A stretch of DNA of 64,000 nt from Octopus vulgaris (lineage: Eukaryota): the NCBI GenBank assembly GCA_951406725.2, contig OX597814.1, positions 5,146,001 through 5,210,000 of the forward strand, written 5' to 3'. The position numbers and the translations under genes are program-made. The notes under the pieces were generated by a model. It ran no database searches. It was not told the DNA's origin and was given only the letters and a program-made list of their open reading frames with translations. This document shows, piece after piece, positions 61,269 through 64,000 of the stretch. Within the stretch, counting starts at the first letter, position 1. Every line of letters starts with the position of its first letter.

Positions 61269-61561
61269 GTAGTAACAATAATAATAATAATAATATTAAT
61301 AATAATAATATTAATAATAGTAATAATAATAATAATAATGATAAAGTATAACATTATAACCATTCAATTAATTATGAAAGCAAGAATTCCTTACCATTTA
61401 GGTTGAGGTTCATCAAGACATCTTTCTCGTAATTCACTGTTGAGAGATTATTTTCTGTCTCAAATGAAGTCACAGACAACATATCATCGTCTTTCAAAAC
61501 ATCGGAACTATCCAGAAAACCAAAACCAGCAAAATCCTCCAACACAGTTTCTGTGGGTTTC
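2879..61561 (-). CDS. ANKRD26: ANKRD26/CCDC144-like coiled-coil protein, multi-exon span (21 exons, about 696 codons, ends incomplete)
   Basis: 21 exons with AG/GT ends and matching phases give one stop-free E/K/Q/L-rich frame. Three segments resemble recalled human ANKRD26: [33 protein letters not shown] vs FSLNQEEEKRRNADTLYEKIREQLRRKEEQYRK; [28 protein letters not shown] vs EVEVKQQLELSLQTLEMELRTVKSNLNQ; [19 protein letters not shown] vs ARQEIAEKLKEVNLFLQAQ. They occur in the same order. Orthology not computed. Confidence 0.75.
4305..4677 (+). mobile_element. non-autonomous Helitron
   Basis: A|TC start, subterminal GC-rich hairpin (ctgagcaacgccggg), CTAG|T end, no TSD. Confidence 0.85.
5355..6740 (+). 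mobile_element. RTE-clade LINE, decayed internal RT fragment
   Basis: [39 protein letters not shown] motifs, with stops and frameshifts. Confidence 0.93.
7043..7106 (-). CDS. exon T ([21 protein letters not shown])
   Basis: tattcttttgAG (GAG acceptor) / GTttgt, 64 nt, phase 2 to 0; the only candidate I found that bridges the phases of S and U. Confidence 0.7.
7469..7932. mobile_element. inverted dimer of a tRNA-headed, hammerhead-bearing short element
   Basis: Arms 7467-7666(-) and about 7717-7901(+); 13-bp TSD AGCAAGAGCTAAC. Confidence 0.8.
7810..7855 (+). ncRNA. minimal type I hammerhead ribozyme motif (second copy 7514-7559, minus strand)
   Basis: GACAC-CTGATGA-A-GGTTG..CAGCC-GAAA-TG-TT-GTG(C/T)T: core boxes, stem II and stem I can all be drawn. 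Confidence 0.65.
9598..10000 (+). mobile_element. tRNA-derived SINE family A, about 400 bp, central (TA/TG)n
   Basis: A box tggctgtgtgg, B box ggttcagtccc, (gtaaaaga)n tail. Other copies: 13968-14360(+), 17878-18695(-), 35160-35565(+), 40305-40640(-), 45935-46350(-), 50505-50690(+), 52445-52665(+), 56520-56715(-), 63473-63888(-), plus fragments. Confidence 0.88.
10055..10128 (-). CDS. exon S ([25 protein letters not shown])
   Basis: atatttcAG / GTgagt, 74 nt, phase 0 to 2. Confidence 0.88.
12015..12299 (+). mobile_element. CR1-type LINE 3' end
   Basis: [17 protein letters not shown] resembles the CR1 ORF2 C-terminal FxxRVxxxWNxLP motif; (ATT)n tail. Confidence 0.75.
12660..13140 (-). repeat. 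66-bp tandem array inside an RTE 3' UTR
   Basis: About 8 units, two of them shortened; explains the repetitive pseudo-ORFs here. Confidence 0.92.
14389..14439 (-). CDS. exon R ([17 protein letters not shown])
   Basis: tttcttattgcAG / GTaagt, 51 nt, phase 0 to 0. Confidence 0.88.
15180..15679 (-). mobile_element. piggyBac-type MITE dimer (TTAA-flanked)
   Basis: Two about 230-bp units TTAA-CCCTTT...AAAGGG-TTAA separated by a 23-bp spacer. Confidence 0.8.
16260..16329 (-). CDS. exon Q ([23 protein letters not shown])
   Basis: tandem TAGCAG acceptor (start 16329 or 16326) / GTaggt, 70 nt, phase 2 to 0. Confidence 0.87.
16476..16700 (+). mobile_element. SINE family B (central gcctttcatcctttcggggtcgataaa domain)
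   Basis: B-box-like gagttcaaattc; central block recalls the Meta/RUDI-type conserved SINE domain (from memory). Copies at 9370-9535(-), 21160-21440(+), 34755-34965(-), 49520-50250(+, several), 58320-58540(-), 60360-60800(-). Confidence 0.8.
18922..18971 (-). CDS. exon P ([16 protein letters not shown])
   Basis: ttttaattccacaacAG / GTgagt, 50 nt, phase 0 to 2. Confidence 0.85.
19153..20200. repeat. 26/23-bp minisatellite (acatgaggtacagacatccatctaca), about 40 units
   Basis: Read directly from sequence. Confidence 0.95.
20343..20710 (+). repeat. 66-bp tandem array inside an RTE 3' UTR, about 5.5 units
   Basis: gattgg recurs at 20344, 20410 and onward. Confidence 0.93.
21907..23132 (-). mobile_element. 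Tc1/mariner DNA transposon, dead
   Basis: TIR core CATGACAGAAGTAAAYAGACACCCT at both ends with TA flanks. Transposase remnants [64 protein letters not shown]; frameshifted. Confidence 0.92.
23396..23446 (-). CDS. exon O ([17 protein letters not shown])
   Basis: ccctttctttgcAG / CAG-GTagac, 51 nt, symmetric phase 0 (could be a cassette exon). Confidence 0.72.
24388..24504 (-). CDS. exon N ([39 protein letters not shown])
   Basis: ctttgtaaaccAG / GTaagg, 117 nt, phase 0 to 0. Confidence 0.88.
24622..24930. repeat. 28-bp minisatellite x11 (agggatcagtgtgaagctgtatagagta)
   Basis: Read directly from sequence. Confidence 0.95.
25807..25926 (-). CDS. exon M ([40 protein letters not shown])
   Basis: tattttcAG / GTaagt, 120 nt, phase 0 to 0. 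Confidence 0.9.
26450..26569 (-). CDS. exon L ([40 protein letters not shown])
   Basis: tttctgtttctgccAG / GTaaat, 120 nt, phase 0 to 0. Confidence 0.9.
27290..30152 (+). mobile_element. RTE-clade LINE, about 2.9 kb 5'-truncated copy with RT, PHD-like insert, 3' UTR and (GAT)n tail
   Basis: Runs from QHRLVV (end of the endonuclease region) through [47 protein letters not shown] and FRYLG; several in-frame stops; ends ggacgttaaataatgatgatgat. Confidence 0.95.
31794..31850 (-). CDS. exon K ([19 protein letters not shown])
   Basis: ttttaattAG / GTaatt, 57 nt, phase 0 to 0. Confidence 0.82.
33275..33453. repeat. 36-bp minisatellite x5
   Basis: tatgtggagacagggtcacagctaatgaatattcRt. Confidence 0.95.
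33483..33567 (-). CDS. exon J ([28 protein letters not shown])
   Basis: tttccgtgtctgcAG / GTaaga, 85 nt, phase 2 to 0. Confidence 0.88.
35576..35790 (-). CDS. exon I ([72 protein letters not shown])
   Basis: ttttcctgtcattgtAG / weak GTgtcg donor, 215 nt, phase 0 to 2; phase fits next exon. Confidence 0.85.
36062..36395 (-). mobile_element. RTE RT fragment, near-copy of 42553-42886
   Basis: [40 protein letters not shown] carries the same deletions as the 42.5 kb copy. Confidence 0.9.
36392..37999. repeat. long inverted repeat, arms about 366 bp
   Basis: 36392-36757 is the reverse complement of 37319-37999 once the RTE insert at 37415-37754 is removed. Confidence 0.92.
38831..38926 (-). CDS. 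exon H ([32 protein letters not shown])
   Basis: atttttcAG / GTaaat, 96 nt, phase 0 to 0. Confidence 0.88.
39053..39257. repeat. near-perfect 205-bp palindrome
   Basis: 102-bp arms symmetric about position 39155. Confidence 0.92.
40968..41094 (+). ncRNA. degenerate hammerhead motif
   Basis: AATCAC-CTGAGGA...GAAA-CAATTG-TT-GTGATT with an extended stem I; stem II is poor. Confidence 0.4.
41148..43348 (-). mobile_element. RTE-clade LINE, about 2.2 kb decayed copy
   Basis: Same RT, PHD-like and 3' UTR motifs on the minus strand, with internal deletions. Confidence 0.93.
43980..44337. repeat. 59-60-bp minisatellite x6
   Basis: aacagaatcaggaattcctcccctcattgaggttggacaggtctcacagcatgtccga. Confidence 0.95.
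44619..44690 (-). CDS. exon G ([24 protein letters not shown])
   Basis: strong polypyrimidine tract tttttcttctttttcAG / GTacgt, 72 nt, phase 0 to 0. Confidence 0.82.
45545..45930 (+). mobile_element. non-autonomous Helitron, related family
   Basis: A|TC...CTAG|T; shares the 3' about 60 bp with the other two but has a different 5' half. Confidence 0.75.
47669..47779 (-). CDS. exon F ([37 protein letters not shown])
   Basis: ctaattgcAG / GTaagg, 111 nt, phase 0 to 0. Confidence 0.85.
47894..48281 (-). mobile_element. tRNA-derived SINE family C, young full-length copy
   Basis: Head ggaggcgcaatggcccagtggttaggg...ggtttcgattccc; 12-bp TSD ACAATGGAGAAT (47882-47893, 48282-48293). Older relatives near 3590, 24220, 26860, 36910 and 55910. 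Confidence 0.88.
48934..49489. mobile_element. unclassified interspersed repeat embedded in (ATT)n
   Basis: Flanked by (ATT)n on both sides; its end gagtgagagagcag..gccatcaaagtg recurs after (ATT)n at 38098. Confidence 0.55.
50372..50456 (-). CDS. exon E ([28 protein letters not shown])
   Basis: ttaatttcAG / GTaagt, 85 nt, phase 2 to 0. Confidence 0.9.
50694..51063 (+). mobile_element. non-autonomous Helitron, same family as 4305-4677
   Basis: Near-identical sequence and same termini; sits in the (TA)n tract of a SINE. Confidence 0.85.
51275..51335 (+). ncRNA. degenerate hammerhead motif inside an inverted repeat
   Basis: GATAA-CTGAAGA-GATG..CATC-C(G/A)AAA-CTCgGAG-TT-TTGTC; GAAA is intact in the opposite arm. 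Confidence 0.5.
52749..53664 (+). mobile_element. tandem array of about 4 piggyBac-type MITE units, period about 252 bp
   Basis: gggttaa recurs at 52901, 53153, 53404 and 53658; TIR CCCTTTTGATACCA / TGGTAACAAAAGGG; first unit truncated. Confidence 0.85.
53995..54461 (+). mobile_element. piggyBac-type MITE dimer
   Basis: TTAA at both ends, two units, same spacer. Confidence 0.85.
55119..55591 (+). mobile_element. piggyBac-type MITE dimer
   Basis: TTAA at both ends, two units, same spacer. Confidence 0.85.
55662..55760 (-). CDS. exon D ([33 protein letters not shown])
   Basis: aatttcAG / GTaagt, 99 nt, phase 2 to 2; ANKRD26-like peptide. Confidence 0.9.
56391..56471 (-). CDS. exon C ([27 protein letters not shown])
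   Basis: atatttcAG / GTaagt, 81 nt, phase 2 to 2. Confidence 0.9.
57512..57644 (-). CDS. exon B ([45 protein letters not shown])
   Basis: ttttcacAG / GTacgt, 133 nt, phase 1 to 2. Confidence 0.88.
59985..60361 (+). mobile_element. R4/Dong-type LINE 3' end (restriction-like endonuclease C-terminus)
   Basis: [59 protein letters not shown]-stop (one stop, one frameshift), followed by (AAT)n. Confidence 0.8.
60805..61340. repeat. compound (AAT/AGT)n microsatellite, about 540 bp
   Basis: Read directly from sequence. Confidence 0.97.
61395..61561 (-). CDS. exon A ([55 protein letters not shown])
   Basis: ttgaattgtAG acceptor, GTaagg donor, 167 nt, phase 2 to 1; joins exon B in frame. Confidence 0.8.
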
Positions 61562-61804
61562 CTACAATTCAAACAAGATTTCACCGAGATAAATTTTATT
61601 TCAAAGATGAAGAAATTTCAAATATTTCAACCTCTTTATTCCCTCGTTCTCCCTTCATAAATTCTGAATGAGGTTAACATTCCCAGATATCTTTTCTACT
61701 CTAGGCACAAGGACCAAAATTTTGTGGGAGGGGGCCAGTCGATTAGATTGACCCCAGAAATAACAATGTATTCATTTTCTACAACATTCCCAGACACCAT
61801 AACA

Positions 61805-62141
61805 TTAACCCCTTACCCAACAATTATTTTGAAAATAAATGTATTTTTTCAGACATATTTTTTAATTATTTTATTTTACTGTTTTGAATGGTGATTTCGA
61901 GGTATATTTCAAACCTTATTTATTATGAATTTTAATTCAATAATATTGAAATCGTCACTGCCAGACGTATAAAGTGAGCGAATATACTCGTATATGTCAA
62001 AAAAGAGTTTATAATAGACGAAGGAACTCGTTTGCTGTCGATTTTGGCGAGTCTATCTTTCGACGAGTTAACTCGCCAGAGATAGAAAAAAACGATTTCG
62101 GTCAAAACGCATATATTCGTTTCTGCCGGGTAAGGGGTTAA
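61805..62141. mobile_element. second TTAA-flanked MITE family
   Basis: TTAA-CCCCTTACCC ... GGGTAAGGGG-TTAA. Confidence 0.7.
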
Positions 62142-62910
62142 GAGGATCAGACACAAATTGCTCCTGGTTAAGACACTGCTCAATTATGAGTAACTTTCCC
62201 CAAAAGTAACATAATTATTCTAATTATATTGTTACGGAACGGACTGGAATCGCCCGTCATCGTCGCTCGTCCCGAACGGCTCGCACACTAGTTCCGCCAC
62301 GGAACCCAAAGAGGCGGAGAGAGGAGATACAGACAGACACTGCCACAACCTCAACAGCACAGAGATACAGAGGCACAACCCGAGATACAACCCAAAGAGG
62401 CACAGAGGCAACAGAGACACTGGCTTATATTAACATCATGTAACAATATATCAGTCCGGAGACACAACAAGTCATATACAGTATTTCAAAGGTACACATC
62501 CGAAGACACAGTTCTTTTAAAGTCTTTTCTAAACATCACAGATAACGTCACATCAACACAATTCTGAACATAAATACCACAACTCGATAATCGACATATC
62601 GACAAGTCCTTGACTGTTCTTTTCACTGTTCAATACACCGTGACACGTATCAATGCACAATCACATACCTCAATTCCCAATTGAATCGCCAGTGTCCCAT
62701 TCCTCTCAATCCTGCCAATTCCTCTGAATACTGCCAAATCCTTCTGTACATATCCCTTCTGCATATTCCAATCGCTTGCTCCTCAAATCCCAAGATCCCT
62801 GCTGATCTATCCAAGATCCGTCTGTGTTCTTCCACGACCGCTCAACCGACCGCAAGATCCGTCCGTGTTCTTCGACGACCAACTACCAACTTCCCAGATC
62901 CGTCCTTCCT

Positions 62911-63122
62911 GACGACCAACTGCGAACTGCCCTTCTTGACGACCAACTACGAACTGCCCTTCTTGACGACCAACTACGAACTGCCCTTCTTGACGACCAA
63001 CTACGAACTGCCCTTCTTGACGACCAACTGCGAACTGCCCTTCTTGACGACCAACTGCGAACTGCCCTTCTTGACGACCAACTACGAACTGCCCTTCTTG
63101 ACGACCAACTGCGAACTGCCCT
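62911..63122. repeat. 27-bp tandem repeat x8 inside the putative LTR
   Basis: gacgaccaactRcgaactgcccttctt. Confidence 0.95.
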
Positions 63123-63310
63123 GACCTCACTTCGTCTCTGTGCTTCTTCCACTCCCTCATCTCCCTCTGTCTATATCGCTCCTACCCTTTCTAACTGCTC
63201 TCTGATTCCTTTGTCCCTTTTCTTTCACATTCTCCTGACCCTCTTCTCAGCCGCACGAGGTCACAGGTCATTCCAAAACCCATTAGTCCTCCATTAAACA
63301 AAAGACTCAC

Positions 63311-63336
63311 TTTTCTACTAGACATGCCGGAACCAT
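63311..63336 (-). CDS. candidate upstream coding exon (MVPACLVEK), inside the putative LTR
   Basis: ATT-ATG-G context, GTgagt donor, ends in phase 2 as exon A requires; may be coincidental. Confidence 0.25.
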
Positions 63337-63472
63337 AATTCCAATGTGGGTCACCGGGAAATGCACCAGCTAAACTGTAACAATATCGTTGGCACAGAAA
63401 TATATCTAAGACAGTATTTGAACTCTCCAATACCTGAAGCGAATGTCAGCATTTCATTTATGAAATGCTGAG

Positions 63473-63888
63473 TCTCTTTTACTCTTTTACTTGTTTCAGT
63501 CATTTGACTGCGGCCATGCTGGAGCACCGCCTTTAGTCGAGCAAATCGACCCCGGGACTTATTCTTTGTAAGCCCAGTACTTATTCTATCGGTCTCTTTT
63601 GCCGAACCGCTAAGTGACGGGGACGTAAACACACCAGCATCGGTTGTCAAGCAATGCTAGGGGGACAAACACAGACACACAAACATATACACACACACAC
63701 TTATATATATATACATATATATACGACAGGCTTCTTTCAGTTTCCGTCTACCAAATCCACTCACAAGGCATTGGTCAGCCCAGGGCTATAGCAGAAGACA
63801 CTTGCCCAAGATGTGACGCAGTGGGACTGAACCCGGAACCATGTGGTTGGTTAGCAAGCTACTTACCACACAGCCACTCCTGCGCCTA
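63473..63888 (-). mobile_element. SINE family A, full-length copy
   Basis: Reverse complement of 9598-10000. Confidence 0.88.
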
Positions 63889-64000
63889 TGTTTAAGAAAT
63901 GAAATTATTTGAATTTCACTGCACCTTCTGAAGATTCCGAATGATTAAGCAACATAAACAACAGAAATAACAAATCTGTCAAGCATACGACCCACAGCAT

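Larger units (their letters stand above)
62230..63382. mobile_element. probable solo LTR
   Basis: TGTTAC...GTAACA termini, ATAT on both flanks, CpG-rich interior; an alternative end GTAACA+ATAT lies at 62445. Confidence 0.6.

Noticed and set aside
60739-61406. Poly-N, poly-I and poly-L ORFs
   Set aside because: Trinucleotide microsatellite
62681-63297. ORFs with (LLDDQLRTA)n or (ELPFLTTNY)n repeats
   Set aside because: 27-bp array open in most frames inside a putative LTR; no splice or domain support
63311-63433. 123-nt phase-0 exon VLESSNTV...SSRK
   Set aside because: Good splice signals but phase incompatible with exon A, and it straddles the putative LTR boundary

Overview
Eukaryotic, AT-rich, repeat-dense genomic DNA. 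The SINE, RTE and microsatellite content points to a coleoid cephalopod, probably Octopus (inference). The window is essentially one minus-strand gene. I traced by eye 21 GT-AG exons (61561 down to 2879, 2089 nt) whose phases join into one open coiled-coil reading frame resembling the C-terminal coiled-coil region of ANKRD26/CCDC144. No ankyrin repeats are visible, and neither the true start nor the true stop is established. The introns hold decayed RTE-clade LINEs, about 30 (GAT)n-tailed RTE 3' fragments, at least four SINE families, three non-autonomous Helitrons, a dead Tc1 transposon, TTAA-flanked piggyBac-type MITEs (some in tandem arrays), CR1 and R4/Dong 3' ends, a probable solo LTR and several minisatellites. 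Most interesting: (1) a complete C4HC3 PHD-like finger inserted inside the RT domain of the RTE LINE; (2) a tRNA-headed SINE-like element carrying a minimal hammerhead ribozyme, inserted as an inverted dimer with a 13-bp TSD, plus three unrelated hammerhead-like motifs; (3) long intronic inverted repeats and a multi-template rearrangement. Most ORFs in the supplied track are repeat artefacts. All homology calls are from memory, with no database search run.
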